From: Octopus vulgaris
Taxonomy: Eukaryota
Reading direction: 5' to 3'
DNA length: 64,000 nt
Assembly: GCA_951406725.2 (NCBI GenBank)
Contig: OX597831.1
Coordinates: 35,278,001-35,342,000, forward strand
Shown: positions 13,975-27,478 of the stretch, piece after piece
How the letters are laid out: every line of letters starts with the position of its first letter
How positions within the stretch are numbered: the first letter of the stretch is position 1
Translations under genes and position numbers: made by a program
Notes under the pieces: model-generated
Database searches by the model: none
Told to the model about the DNA's origin: nothing
Seen by the model: the letters and a program-made list of their open reading frames with translations, nothing else

Positions 13975-14100
13975 GCCATTAATCGCCAGAAACAGTATAG
14001 CACGATGGATGGGCCGGCGAGTGAACAGTCCTCATCTTCTGCAGCTGGTGGCACACCATCAAACTCTACCGCAGCAGGAGTCCCAAATCAGACCAGCACG
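13975..14100 (+). CDS. SLC9A6/7/9: Internal coding exon (phase 0-0, 42 aa: AINRQKQYSTMDGPASEQSSSSAAGGTPSNSTAAGVPNQTST) of the NHE6/7/9-like cytoplasmic tail
   Basis: Acceptor ...cctacataacag|GCC and donor ACG|gtttgt; GC-rich open frame within AT-rich intron; joins in frame to exon 25002. The low-complexity linker is assigned by phase and position, not by a recognised motif. Confidence 0.7.
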
Positions 14101-15408
14101 GTTTGTTGCTTTTTAATGGGAACATTTGATTGTTTTCTCTTTCTCTTATGTTGTCATTTTTTTGCGATAAAACTTTTCAGTTTGTAATTTTTACTGGTTA
14201 TTTTACTGATTCCTTTTGATTTCATTTCTATATTATTATTTCATATATTTGATATTGAGCTCAGTTCTGCTTTTTCTTTTATTTTGCTTGCTTTGATCTT
14301 GTTCTTTTCTTTGGTATGGCCATTATTTTTTGTTTCTTTTGCGTTTTTGTTGTAAGATTTCTGCTTCTTTTTACTGTGCAGTGTATATGTATGCTTCTAC
14401 TTCGTTTCCATTAACAAAAAAAAAAAAAAGAAAAAGTCTGTTATGAGCAACAGAAGTAGTATTAGTTCAAACTAGCAATCTTGGCATCAAACTTAAAGTA
14501 GATATGTCATTGAAAGTCTTATAAACTGTGGTATTCATCCTGAGATAGCATCTCTTGCAGATGTATGATGTTAAAAATTGCAGAAATACATCAGCATTGT
14601 GGTTGCTTTGCTAAATGCTCACTTCATCAGTAGCAAGTGTCCCCTGGCAACAACATGCTAATACAAAATCAGTTGCTAATGAAATAGTAAACCTGATGTC
14701 ACAACTAGCTGGCAGGTTGAATAAAAATCTGTTATGAGTATTATTTGCTTATTACCCTAGTTTCTGTGTACAAATCAAATATTCATCTTTACTTAAAAGA
14801 CAGCAATATTTTCTTGTTGTTCAGAAAACAATAGAATTCATTCAAATTTCAGACCTTTTATTTTGATATTTTACATATTGCATGTTTTTTTGTTGTTAGC
14901 CCAAAGTTGTCTCTGAAGTAGCAGACCTGGGTTCACCAAAAGTGTTCCCATCGTGCCCATTCAGTCTTTCTGTTTATCTAAGATTATATATACTACCTAC
15001 TGTGTCCTTCCTGATTCGAAAGATATTTTGGCTCTGATGTCTAACCCCTCAACTTAATCATGTAGAGGTTTCTTACTTGTCTAGAATTCCTACCATCTCA
15101 ATAAACATACAAGCTAGAATTAGTATTGGTATTTTTGATTCTTCAAGAATAAGTACCAGCTGCTCTGTTTAACAGGTATCAATTTTCTGTGACAGCTCCA
15201 GTTTCTCAATATTTACTTGTACCAGTCTGTCTGGATTTAAGTCTATAATTAGGCTAATTAAGGTGCAGTAGTGGTTGATTGTGGCTTTTTTATTATATCA
15301 AATAACCTTAGATATTTTTCTTTCCAGTAGTTATTATGGATGTATGGTGCACACATGAGTTACTTTATATTGAGAAACAGCTGTACATTTTCATTACCTT
15401 ACATTATA

Positions 15409-15443
<35 letters not shown>

Positions 15444-16348
15444 CATCATCGTCGTTTAACGTCCGCTTTCCATGGGTTGGATGATTTTGACTGAGGGCTG
15501 GCGAACCAGATGGCTGCACCAGGCTCCAATCTTGATTTGGCAGAGTTTCTACAGCTGGATGCCCTTCCTAACGCCAACCACTCTGAAAGTGTAATGCCAC
15601 CGGCACGGGGGCCAGTCAGGCGGTACTGGCAACAACCTCGCTCGAATCCTTTAACACATGCTACCAGTACAGGTGCCGTGAGAACTAGATGTGCTCAGTT
15701 TAGAAAACATGTAGTAGTGCTCAAATGAACTTGAACTCTAAATTCTTCATCCAGAACTAAGTCCATGGTGCCAAGAGAGGCTGTATGAGAAATCCAAGAT
15801 GAGCTGATGTGGGTGTGGTAATGCAGATAAACACAATTAGGTTCCACACACACACATAGCATCCAGCCATAGAAACTATGCCAAAACAGACAGGGAACCT
15901 GAACAGCCCTTCAGCTGGTCATCCCCTGTCAAGCTATCCAACCCATGCCAGCATGGAAAACGGAAGTTAAATGATGATGATGATATATAGAGAAGAGGTA
16001 TAAGATGAAAAAAGTTATTTCACCATTTGACATCCATACAACTACGATTTTTTTCGTAGCCATTATCATATACAAACAATTTATTTTAGTGTGTAATAAT
16101 AAATAATAAATTATTTTACGTGTCAATTGGTGAAATATATTTTTTCATGATATTCCTCTTCTCTTTGTTTATGTTTTATACACTCCTAATGTAATGATAA
16201 TTACCATTGGATTTATTGGATTTCAGCACCATCAGGCTACACATTACATCCCTTTGTTTTGTTTTAATTTACTATGTGGTTTGTAGCCTGATCTATTAAA
16301 GGAACTTTTTTGTGAGTACCACCAGATAAGTTAAATCCCTATATTGTC

Positions 16349-16399
<51 letters not shown>

Positions 16400-18704
16400 C
16401 ATACATACATACATACATACATACATACATACATACATGCATGCATGCATACACACACACACACACACTCTTGGAGTGGTTGGCATTAGGAAGGCCACTC
16501 TGCTGTAGAAGCCATGCCAGATCAGATTGGAACCTGGTGTGGCTCCCTGGCTTACCAGTTTTCAGTCAAACTGTCCAACCCATGCCAGCATGGAAAATGG
16601 ACATTCACTGATGGTGATGACTTATATACACAGGCACATATATTCAGAACGATAAACACATGCATACGTAAAATTTCAGACTCTACCAAATCCACTCACA
16701 AGGCATTGGTCAGCTCGAGGCTATAGTAGAAGACACTTGCCCAAGGTGCCATGCAGTGGGACTGAACATGGAACTATGTGGTTGGGAAGCAAGCTTCTTA
16801 CCACACAGCCACTCCTGCACTTTAGTTCAATATTTTGCAAAAGTTAATCTCAGAGGTACATACCACCAAATTCAAATAAATAATGGTTGTTCTAATCAAG
16901 ACACAAAGGCAGCAATTTTGAAGAAAAAGGGTTAATCAATTACATTGACCCTAGCACTTAACTGGCACTTACACTCTTTCAACCGTGGAAGGATGAAAGC
17001 AAAGTTTATCTCAGTAGGATTTGAACTCAAGACATTCAGATCTAGAAGAAACACCACAAAACTCTTTTATCTTATGATCCAATGATTCTGCTAATTCTTG
17101 GAAAAAAAAAAAAAAAAAAGACATCTCTACAATTAATACTCCACTATTGGTTTATTGAGATGGATATGTTTACATTATTGTATAAAAACCTCAGATGCCG
17201 TTTCTTTTTTGGGAAAATGTCATAGAAAAGACCCTGGAGAATGAGATAAAAAAATTGTATAATCTATGATGGTGATATACTTTTGGGTGTGATTACCAAA
17301 GTGGAATTGAACTAGAAGTTAGAGATTATATTGGGTTGACAGAGAGACTCAGTCATGTCTAATAATTTGAGGAAAATGTAGCTTTACTTGAAACAAGTAA
17401 TAGTGTTGGTGTCATCTCACTTCAAATGGGAGGGTTTTTCCCGGTCAGTATTTGGTCCAGGAAATATTAGATGTATCTTTAACCTTTAATGAAAAAGAAT
17501 TGGAGTCCTTTTCTTAAAACTGGTAAATGTTTACAGTCACTATTAGCCAAAATATTGTGACTTGGCATTAGGAAGGGCATCCAGCTGTAGAAACCATGCC
17601 AAGTCAGAATGGAATCTGGTACAGCCCCTCAGCTTATCAACTCTGGTCAAACTGTCCAACCCATGCCAGCATAGACAATGGGCTTTAAGTGATGATGTTG
17701 AATTGGATTTGTGAATTTGTACCAGGAAAAATATTGGATTTGGTTTGGAGAAATGCTTGGCAAGAGATTTTCTTTCGTTTAAGAAGTACTTTTGATGAGA
17801 ATTCTATTGCATGTATATTTGATGCTCACAAAGACATCTTGCTGATAACCAGTTCTAGTGAACAGTCTACATTGAGAATTTTATCTCAAGATAACCACCC
17901 TGGAGCTGTTATGTGTAATTTTCTCTTGGAATGGTTATGCTTTGTTGTTAGACAATGCCTATAAATTTTATTCATGATAATCTCCGTTCTTGGCTATAGA
18001 AAATTAGCTGAATCCTTTACAAAATCCCCTAATATCTCCCACAATGAAACAATGTAACAGAATTGCATGAAGAATGGTTAAAATAATTAAAATGAATTTA
18101 AAGGCATTCTCTTTGTAGAAAAATTTTGAGTTGCTTTTGTGTTTTGTTTTTTTTTTGCCATGGCTATTGTTCTGTTGTCATGGTTACCTATATGCTAAAA
18201 GGTCACAAAAGTTCTGCATTGATAATAATGCTTTAGATTTATACAACTTTGCCTGTGTCTTGTTTCATAGATGAGCAGATATGATATTTGGAGAGAGAAA
18301 AAAGAAAGAAAGGAAGAAACTGTAGTTTATCATAAATTCCAAGCTGGAAACAATATTACTCGTATTGCAAGGAATGGGATTGGAACTTTGGTCTAAGCAA
18401 GTTGAATCAAAATTAAACATGTACCTCTTAGAATAAATTTGAATGAATGGCAACAGTGGTGATGTGCACTATTGTAGTGGTGCCTCTCCTTGTTTGAGAA
18501 TCAGTTGTGTTGGTGATGTCTTGGAACAACAGGATTTAAATATACACTAAAACAGTCCTCAGTAAAACTACCTGATTTATCTTCATGGGTCCATAAGATG
18601 TAAAAATACTAGTGTTCTTTGATGTTGTAGTGGGAATATGAAACTATTCTTAAGATTAAATACTCTTCATACTATATTACTCACACACGTTGTTGTTGTT
18701 ATTA

Positions 18705-19050
18705 CTGAGTGAGAGAGCAGTGCATGTCATCAAAGTGACACTGGGGTATAATATACAAAGCCCAGTATACCCATCATGACTACACCAGGCACATGCATCA
18801 CAATATGTGCGCGACAAGGTGATCTCATATTAAGATAAACAGTACATGACCTTGCAGGTGAGGCCCATTTAGAATTTTCTTCAGGCTGAGTATCCCATCC
18901 TGCTCAAAAGGTCCCAGAATAAGGTTTGTTTAAGGATGTTGAATGAAACACCCATGTTTCCAGATGTGAATTATCCAAACCCCAAAGAATTCCTCTCAAC
19001 ACATGATTATGATGCTCCCCCACTACTTCTGCTCATGATCAGAGATGCAC
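18705..19050 (-). mobile_element. Interspersed retroposon family E (second copy about 29925-30630 +, split by a SINE-B)
   Basis: The two regions are imperfect reverse complements (ccccagtgtcactttgatg; gggacctttt; cacctgcaa); short tandem-repeat tail. Confidence 0.7.
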
Positions 19051-19629
19051 CTATTGTGAAATGATTTGATTTTATCCAAGCATGTCATTATTCATCTTTG
19101 AGATAGAAAACCTTTTTTTTACTTGAGAGAGGCTAGTTTTGTTTTGTTTTTTTCTGTCGATGTTTTCATAGCCAGAAATATTCTTACATGGCAGGGCTGC
19201 TAACCCTATCCTTAATTCTGAATGTAAAAATCCAGACCTGTATTTTAGCAGGGTTTTTTTTCCTCCACTGTCATTTGCTTCTCTTGTAATGTGACTTACA
19301 CCTACACAGCAATTCAATTGCACTTACCTTCTTATTTCTTCACTTACTATATTTTACTTTGGTTTAACCAGGAAGAGAAGGGTCTGTCTGCTACATATAC
19401 ATGTTGCTGATTTTCTGGCTTTTAACAAGGTGTCCTTCATATTGTATTTCTTTATTAAACAATTCATTTATATTCTAATTGATTGAATTGAGATATATTA
19501 GAATGATAAGTTCTTTTTCCCTCTAGTAAGATTCAGAATTTTGATTAGAAAAATATTAGAAGCATTAATTAAATTTCACAGCATCTTATTGTGATAAACA
19601 AGGATATTGGAGTACATCAGGGTATAACA

Positions 19630-19976
19630 GTCACATACATACATACATACATACTTACCGTGCATACATAATACATACATGCATGCATGCATACATACAT
19701 ACCATGCATGCATAATACATACATGCAAGCATGCTTACATACGTACATACATACATACATACCGTGCATGCATAACATACATACATACTTACCGTGCATG
19801 CATAACATACATACATACATACTGTGCATGCATAACACATACATGCATGCATACATACATACATGCATACATACATACCGTGCATGCATAACATACATAC
19901 ATGCATACATAATACATAATACATACATACATACATACATACATACATACATACATACATACCGTGCTTGCATACA
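19630..19976. repeat. Minisatellite of about 30-nt units built on (CATA)n plus ccgtgcatgcataa
   Basis: Recurring catacataccgtgcatgcataa. Confidence 0.9.
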
Positions 19977-20223
19977 TGAAATGTTTGCATACCAGATGCA
20001 TTTTGTATTATATATTATTCAAACCTGAAATATATATATTAAAGAATTTCAAAATAGGACTATTTGGTGGGACTTCATTAATTTCACCAACACAACTCAG
20101 TGCCAGTACGAACTTGCTGCTCTTGAGTCCACTTTTGTAGATACTCTAGCAATAATTTGTAGTATTTTGCTATATATATTATATACATACACCCAAGTAC
20201 TGAATACTATATAAGTTCATTAG

Positions 20224-20419
20224 TATGTATATGTATGCGTGTGTGTGTATGTATATATGTGTATATATGTATGTATACATGTATATATATATATGTATGT
20301 ATATATATATATGTATGTATATATATTTATATGTATATATATATGTATATATATATATATGTACATATATGTATATATATATGTATGTATGTATATATAT
20401 ATATACACATGTATATATG

Positions 20420-20462
<43 letters not shown>

Positions 20463-20567
20463 GATACATAACAAACACTGTGAAAGTGACTGTGCTTTAC
20501 CAGTAAGCTACCAGGTATAAACCTTTTGTTTTATTATTTAATATATAATAATAATAATAATAATAAC

Positions 20568-20607
<40 letters not shown>

Positions 20608-20610
20608 TAT
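20224..20610. repeat. (TA)n/(TATG)n tract followed by (AAT)n
   Basis: Direct reading. Confidence 0.9.
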
Positions 20611-20978
20611 GTGTGTGTGTGTGAGTGTGATACATGTACATATGCACATATATTGATAGTTTTGTTGCAAAATGTAGTGGTGGGATAGTCAGTTGACTCA
20701 TCAGCAAAACGTTAGACTGGAGTAAATAATTTACATTGTTTAGTTTCATAAGTGTGCCTTGTGAGTTCAAATCCAACCAAGGCTGACTCTGTAAATGTAA
20801 TTTCTTTTTTTCAGTTTAGTTTTTAATTTATTTGATTTCGTTTATCTAAAAATGCATTTGATGTCCTGTCATTTCTATATTTTTTGATATTTAAAGAATT
20901 TGTTTCAGATTATTTGCTGTTGGTTGCATATTTAAACTGCTTGATTGCATGTACATTTCATTTTTATTTAAATAATGA

Positions 20979-21025
<47 letters not shown>

Positions 21026-24000
21026 CGTTTTGCTTTCAGTTTTCTGATAATATTTTCTGATACATTTGCCATTACTACTTTGCAAATTAATTATAAATTG
21101 CACTGAAATTTGCCTAAAATTAAAATCGATTAATCTTTAATTAATGTCTATGTGTGTATATGTGTGTGTGTGTGGTGTGTGTGCACGTATGTATGTTAAT
21201 AAGATGAGATTGCATGAACAAACTTTCTCCATACATCATTATGTGATGCATGTGGACATATTATCAGTCATGTTTCTGCAGTTATTAGGTGTTTCAGGTT
21301 TTTGGCATCAGACACCCTCACCCAGGCGACCCCAGCCTGTGTTCAGTTAACACTGCACCTGGTAGTGTTGCCCTTTCTAGGGCCCAAACTTTGTGATCCA
21401 CAGCCACCTTGAGGCAAACTCTGCTGCCTTCACAGCCAAAATGATGGCCCTCTACCTACTGGCCCTTATGGTACCAAGCTTGTAGTAAACTCTGCTAAGG
21501 AACAATCCTGCAAACCCTCTGCATCCCACCTTGATGGGGTCACACCTTACATGCTCCTAATTGCATTGGTCTAGCTCCACCAACTAAGCATATGACTTTC
21601 TCTCTCACTTGTCTTTTTGGTCATCTCATAACGGAGGACTATTTTCAAATTTAGACCTAAGAGCTGTGAAGAATTATTTCCCCTTGCAACTAGTTGAACT
21701 TTATTTTGCATTATATATATATATACTAGACATAATTTTAATAAGCTACAAAATATAAATATTCACACTACCACACTTGAAACTTACCTGTAATAAATCT
21801 TTATCTTGATTTGAATGTACATGAAGGTATTTAGAATGCCCAAACTTATTTCTGCGAATGTGCTAAGCACTGACTGCTGATCATAGTTTAACCAATAAGC
21901 ATAGGAGCGAGGTAAATGCAGTAAAACTAGGTGGCGGGTGTCAATGGGGCCCCATCTAAGTGGCCCTTCAGAAATCGATCCTCCTTACAATACTCCCTAG
22001 GAATTCATGGTATGAAATTCATTATCATTGCTCCGATTGGTTGCCAATGCCATGTATTTAGTTTAAAGTGCAGTAAAAATAGGGGGTGTCAGTGGAGCCC
22101 CAATTAGGCAGCCCTTATAAAAAAATATACCTCCTTAGGACATTCTCTGGGACTAGGGTAGTTGCTGGTTTGAGTTTTGTTGTCCTAGCACCAATGGTCT
22201 AGGAGGAGTTAACGGACAGAGAAACATCACTCAAATTTATAATAGGATGTATATATAGATATAGGATGTGAGAGGTAATGGGGTCAGTGAGACCCAGAGG
22301 TGTCAGGTAATGCTGAATAAGTGCTATGGATAGACCATAGTTAAGTTCCAGGTTCTGTGATTATGCGAATAAGGGGTCCAATTTAGGTCATATATTAGCG
22401 TGTGTATATAAAAAACTTTTTCGTAATTAGATAAAAACCAAAGCTGTGTAGATTTTAGAATATTTATAAATGTTCTAAAATCTACACAGCCTTGGTTTTT
22501 TATCTCATTACGTAAAAAATTTTATATATATATATCTATCACAAGGCCTGCAATTCTGGTGCAAGGAGTAAGTCAGCTATATAGACCTCTAGTATTTAGT
22601 TTACTGATCCTGAAAGGATGAAAGGCAAAGTCGACCTTAGCTATATTTGAACTTAGAAAATAAAGACGGATGAAATGCCATTGAGCATTTTGCCTGGTGG
22701 GCTAAATCTTGCATCCTTTAACTCACTCGTTATATTAACATTAGCAATACTTCAGCCACTCCAGGCTCTGCTAAATCTGATGCTTTTAGTCGTGAGGACT
22801 AAAAAAATGTTAATTATTAAAATATTTTAAGCCTGAAACACGAAGCAGTTTTATTTATTATTTTTAGTAATTCTATATTTTCACTCTTATTGTGGGTTTT
22901 TCAAGTGGCTGAAAGAGATAAAGTTTCTGAACATTAAATCAGAAAATATGAAAACCGATTTTTATTTTAAGACCGCCATCTTAGTTTAGCTTTTCAAATA
23001 TTGAAAGAGTTTCTGATATGAAATTCATGGTTACTTGCTATTGAGATTTAAACACACATGCATGTGCATGGGATATACTCCCATGTGCATGGGATTGTAA
23101 AAATGTGTCCCCAATATTTTCTTATATACTGACAGTATATGACATCTAATGTGTGTGTGTGTGTGTGTGGACATGTGTCTCTGTTAATCTTTTACTTATG
23201 GCACTTATCGTATGTATAAATTTACATATACTTCTCTGTTACCATTATTTTTATATCGACACCATATGTCTCTGTTTTTGCATGTATACATACTACACAG
23301 ACACGTGTATGTATGTCTCTTCTATTTCTGAATTATTATACATCTTCCACTGAGGAGGGAGCCGGTTTCCAACAGGGATACATGGCTCCATCTTTGGGAT
23401 GTAGTTAACACAGACAAACTCACATTTGGAACTTGAGAAAAGTCTTGCATATTTTTACTGTTCCATTCTCAAATTGTACTTGTAATGTACGAATTAGCCG
23501 GTCAGTTTCTCTTTCTGAAAATCTCAGTTTACCCAGATTCTCCTTTAAGCATTTACTAACAAAACCTAGTGTTCCAATTATTATTGGTATGAATAAGAAG
23601 TCATAGTCTGGATATATATATTATGTATGTATGTATGTGTGTGTGTGTGTTTATAATATAAATGAATGAATGACCAGACACAGGAGTTATGCAGTAACCT
23701 TCATTAGCTTACAGCTGCCAGCTGTTCCTGCTATAAAATCAGCATATTCCTAGCTAAGTGCTTGTGCAACATCCTATAGCTTCCTCAAAAGCCATTAAAA
23801 TGAAGTGGCTTCTCTTCCCTTGTTATTCAATAATTAATATTATGCCCTGTACTTGCCTAACACTTTACTCTAGAGCATAATATGTATTGTATTCGCCATT
23901 GTATTTGCCATTGAGAATTCATGGAAGAAGTTTCGTGGGAATATGTGGATTTCACAAGCAGTCCCCAACAATCCCACAAGTACAAGTATAATATGTATAC

Positions 24001-25001
24001 TAAGTACTAGCAAATGAATATTAGTATTGCTATTCCTAAGTGAAAAAATGATGTTCATATATAAAATACATATTATGGACTTTATACAGGTCAGCGTTGG
24101 ACATTCTGCATCTCTGCTATAGAATAAAAAATACTGGAATATATTTATTAATATATATATATAACAGAAAAGAGGAATTTCGGTTGTCCCTACGTGGTGG
24201 ATTGTAATGTATATAAGAAATTAAAAAAGGAAAATACGCACACTTACATGGTTATAATATAATTTTTAATGTATCGACGAGTGAATTTCATTACAAACAA
24301 CATGGACCAAATTTCTGCTTAAGAAAAAATATATATTCATATAAATTAAACATTATATCATGAATAGCGATTGCAAAAAATACATTAAGAATTATATTAT
24401 AACCATGTAAGTGTGCGTATTTTCCTTTTTTAATTTCTTACATATATATATATATATATATCATAAGTATGTATGCATTCTGAGTCCAAAGAATGATAGC
24501 TTCCAATTGTAATATGACCTTTACATCTGTTACTCCCCTGCTAGACAAGGGAACAGTCATACTCGCCTTCAAATAGAGATGAAAGTGCAAAAGGCTCATC
24601 ACCATTTTTATCTGATTTATGTTTGTCTGTTTAGATATGTCATTCAAGATAAACACTTGCACTCACACACAAGTGTATGTGTACTTATATACACCTGCAC
24701 ACAGACACACACACATTTGTGTGTGTATGTATGTGTGTGTGTGTGTGTGTCTATATGTACAACATATATATGGAAGATTCTGATCTCATAATTGTATTAG
24801 TCTACAATGCCTGTCTGTCTCCTCTCTCTCTCTCTCTTTCATGAAGATGCCTGTGTGTATATTCTACCATAAACATCAAATAAGATTTACATATATATAT
24901 ATATGTGTGTTTGTGTGTGTATTTATATTCTATATTTTCTACAACATTTGAGAATTACTGCGCTAATAATTAAATTAATTAATTTAATTACTATTTTTTA
25001 G

Positions 25002-25084
25002 AGTCCTGGTTCAGTGCCAAGTGAGCAGCCACCTTCAGGAGAGAAAGCTTGGTTGGTGCTTCATTGGTACAACTTTGATACCAA
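25002..25084 (+). CDS. SLC9A6/7/9: Coding exon (phase 0-2): [27 protein letters not shown](K)
   Basis: Acceptor tatttttag|AGT, donor AA|gtgagt; [13 protein letters not shown] resembles the conserved ESAWLFRMWYNFD segment of human NHE6 (recalled). Confidence 0.92.
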
Positions 25085-26020
25085 GTGAGTTACTGATTCC
25101 TTTCAAATATACATTGTATTTACGTCTGTCTGTTTGTCTTCCATTGTTATTGTTCTCCTAAGCTTAAAAAGCTAGCTTTTCGACGATGTGGTCTTGGGTT
25201 CGGTGCCACTGTGTGGCACTCTGTGTGAATGTCTTCTATTAAAGTTCCTGGCTAACCGAAGACATGTGATACCATTTATTTAGAGCATAGGCAGAAAGAT
25301 ACACACACACACGCGCTCTTTTCAAGCCAATATTTTAAACAGTCAGTATATAAAAACAATCAATATTTAAACGGTCAATATTTTAATTGGTTCAAGTGGT
25401 GAGCTGGCAGAATTTTTAGCACACTGGGCAAGATGCTTTGTGACATTTCATCTGTCTTTACATTCTGAGGCCAAATTCTGCTAAGTCAATGATTGGTATG
25501 AATGGTGATAATATTAACTCTTTAGCATTTAAACCAGCCAAATCTGGCCAAAATATTCTACCTGTTTTATATTCAAACAAGCCAGATAAAGCCTGTCACA
25601 TCTACCCTTCAGTGCCATTCTAAAAATATACAACAACATCATCAGAATTTCAAAGCAACAAGATAATGGATGATTAATTCAATACAATGTGAAGAAATAA
25701 GCTTTACATTTAACAGAATCATCTAAATTCTAAAAGGTTAAACCTTATCAAAGTAAGACTTTGCATAATGCCAAAAGGAATCTGAAGTTTGGGGAAAATA
25801 GTCATGATATAAATAATGACTTAAAATATATTGATTTAAAAACACCTTAGAGAAAATAAAATGGATGGAAAGCTGCTTGTGGCTCTTGATCTAGGCATCT
25901 TTTGTAACCCAGACAGATGTGCTACCAATTGCACTAAAACAACCCTCTGTCTTTCTTCCATTAAACTAAATGTTTTAATCTTAGCAGCAAGAAGGTTTGT
26001 TTGCATTTAGAATGTAAATA

Positions 26021-26235
26021 TTTTTTTCTACACTAGGCATAAGGCCCAAAATTTTGGGGGAGGGGGCCAGTCAATTAGATCAACCCCAGTACACAACTGG
26101 TACTTAATTTACTGGCCCCGAAAGGATGAAAGGCAAAGTCGACCTCGGTGGAATTTGAACTCAGAATGTAAAAACAGACGAAATAATGCTGAGCATTTTG
26201 CCCAGTGTGCTACTGTTTCTGCCAGCTTGCCACAT
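26021..26235 (-). mobile_element. tRNA-derived SINE family C with 15-bp TSD
   Basis: TSD tttagaatgtaaata at 26006-26020 and 26236-26250; B-box-like gagttcaaattcc and central ctttgcctttcatcctttcgggg on the minus strand. Confidence 0.88.
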
Positions 26236-26583
26236 TTTAGAATGTAAATAATTAAGTCATCAATAAAAACGTTTGATAACTGCTTATAGCAAATTAAGCT
26301 ATAAATGGTAGCTTATGATCTATTGTTTATAGATGAAGTCACATATTAGTTATTGTTTGGTTGAATTTTTTTTTTAGGTAAATTGTTAATAAAGATTTAT
26401 TTACATATTTTTTGATGTTTCTGTATTTGTGTTCTAATGTAGTGTTTTATACATGAGAATGACTTATATCTGATGATTGGAAATTCAATGACAAAAGTAA
26501 TTTTAAAAAACTGTTAAAAAAAACCCCAAAAAGATGTGTTAAAAGAGAATTCTGAAACTATTTTGGGTTTTTTTCCATTTCAG

Positions 26584-26692
26584 ATACATGAAGCCATTCT
26601 TGACTAACAGTCGCCCCCTGCTCACAGAAACTCTACCAACCTGGTGCTTACCCATAGCGAAACTTTTAACTACAAATGAACAGTTATCTGAA
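26584..26692 (+). CDS. SLC9A6/7/9: Coding exon (phase 2-0): (K)[36 protein letters not shown]
   Basis: Acceptor ttccatttcag|A, donor GAA|gtaagt; resembles NHE6 [29 protein letters not shown]; phase matches the previous exon. Confidence 0.93.
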
Positions 26693-26904
26693 GTAAGTAT
26701 TCTTTTTTTTCTTCCTACAGGTTCCTCTCTTACTTGTTTTTCTTATTTATTTATTCTTCATTTATTTAAACTAATTCCAATTATAAAGAAAAAAAAAAGA
26801 AAGAAATAGGGTTAGCAGTGCAAAAAAAAAAAACAATTAGTTTTTCTCTTTTATGTTTTTTTTTTGTTTTGAAAATTATTTTAATTTTAGAAAGATATAT
26901 AAGT

Positions 26905-27045
26905 GCTGATCACTCAAAGTGGATGGAACTTGTGGAAGAGAGAGACCCAGGAAGACATGAGATGAAGTGTTGAAGGACTACCTCAAGACATTGAACCTTT
27001 TGGATGAGATGACAATGAACTAAGATACCTGGCACCTTGCTGTAA
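26905..27045 (+). mobile_element. RTE-clade LINE ORF C-terminal remnant
   Basis: Translates with a frameshift and stops to SLKVDGTCGRG/RPRKT*DEVLKDYLKTLNL, the typical RGRPRKTW end of RTE ORFs. Confidence 0.65.
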
Positions 27046-27478
27046 AATAACTTTGTTATCATTAAGCTAGTGTTAGGAACCTAAATTTTGACTAAGGTTT
27101 GGTGGAAGATTTTAATTCAGAACTTTTGAAAATGAGACATTTGTACTACAGAGCCAGAGGCAGTTTCAGCCAGGTTGGTATTGAAAGGGTTTTAAAAAAA
27201 TGTCAGATTTTGAACATGAGAAATGTCTTGCATATTTTTACTGTTCTACTTACAACATCTTAGCTGTTGCTTTCTTTTTCCTGAAAACCTAGTCTTTCCG
27301 CATTGTCATTTTATTCTTTAGTACTTAAACTGGCCATATCCGGCCCAAATATTCCACCTTCTTTTATGATCATACTGTCCAAATCTAGCCTCTCACACCT
27401 ACCCTACAATGTTATTCCAAAAGTATAAACCATTTCATTAAAATCTCAAAGCTACTGAATGATAAATGATTAGTTTAA

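Noticed and set aside
14005-14187. Stand-alone ORFs at 14005, 26588 and 28106
   Set aside because: They are internal exons read through into introns; the true boundaries are the splice sites.
23349-23392. CTGAGGA followed by a ggagcc/ggctcc stem
   Set aside because: No GAAA after the stem, so the hammerhead core is incomplete.
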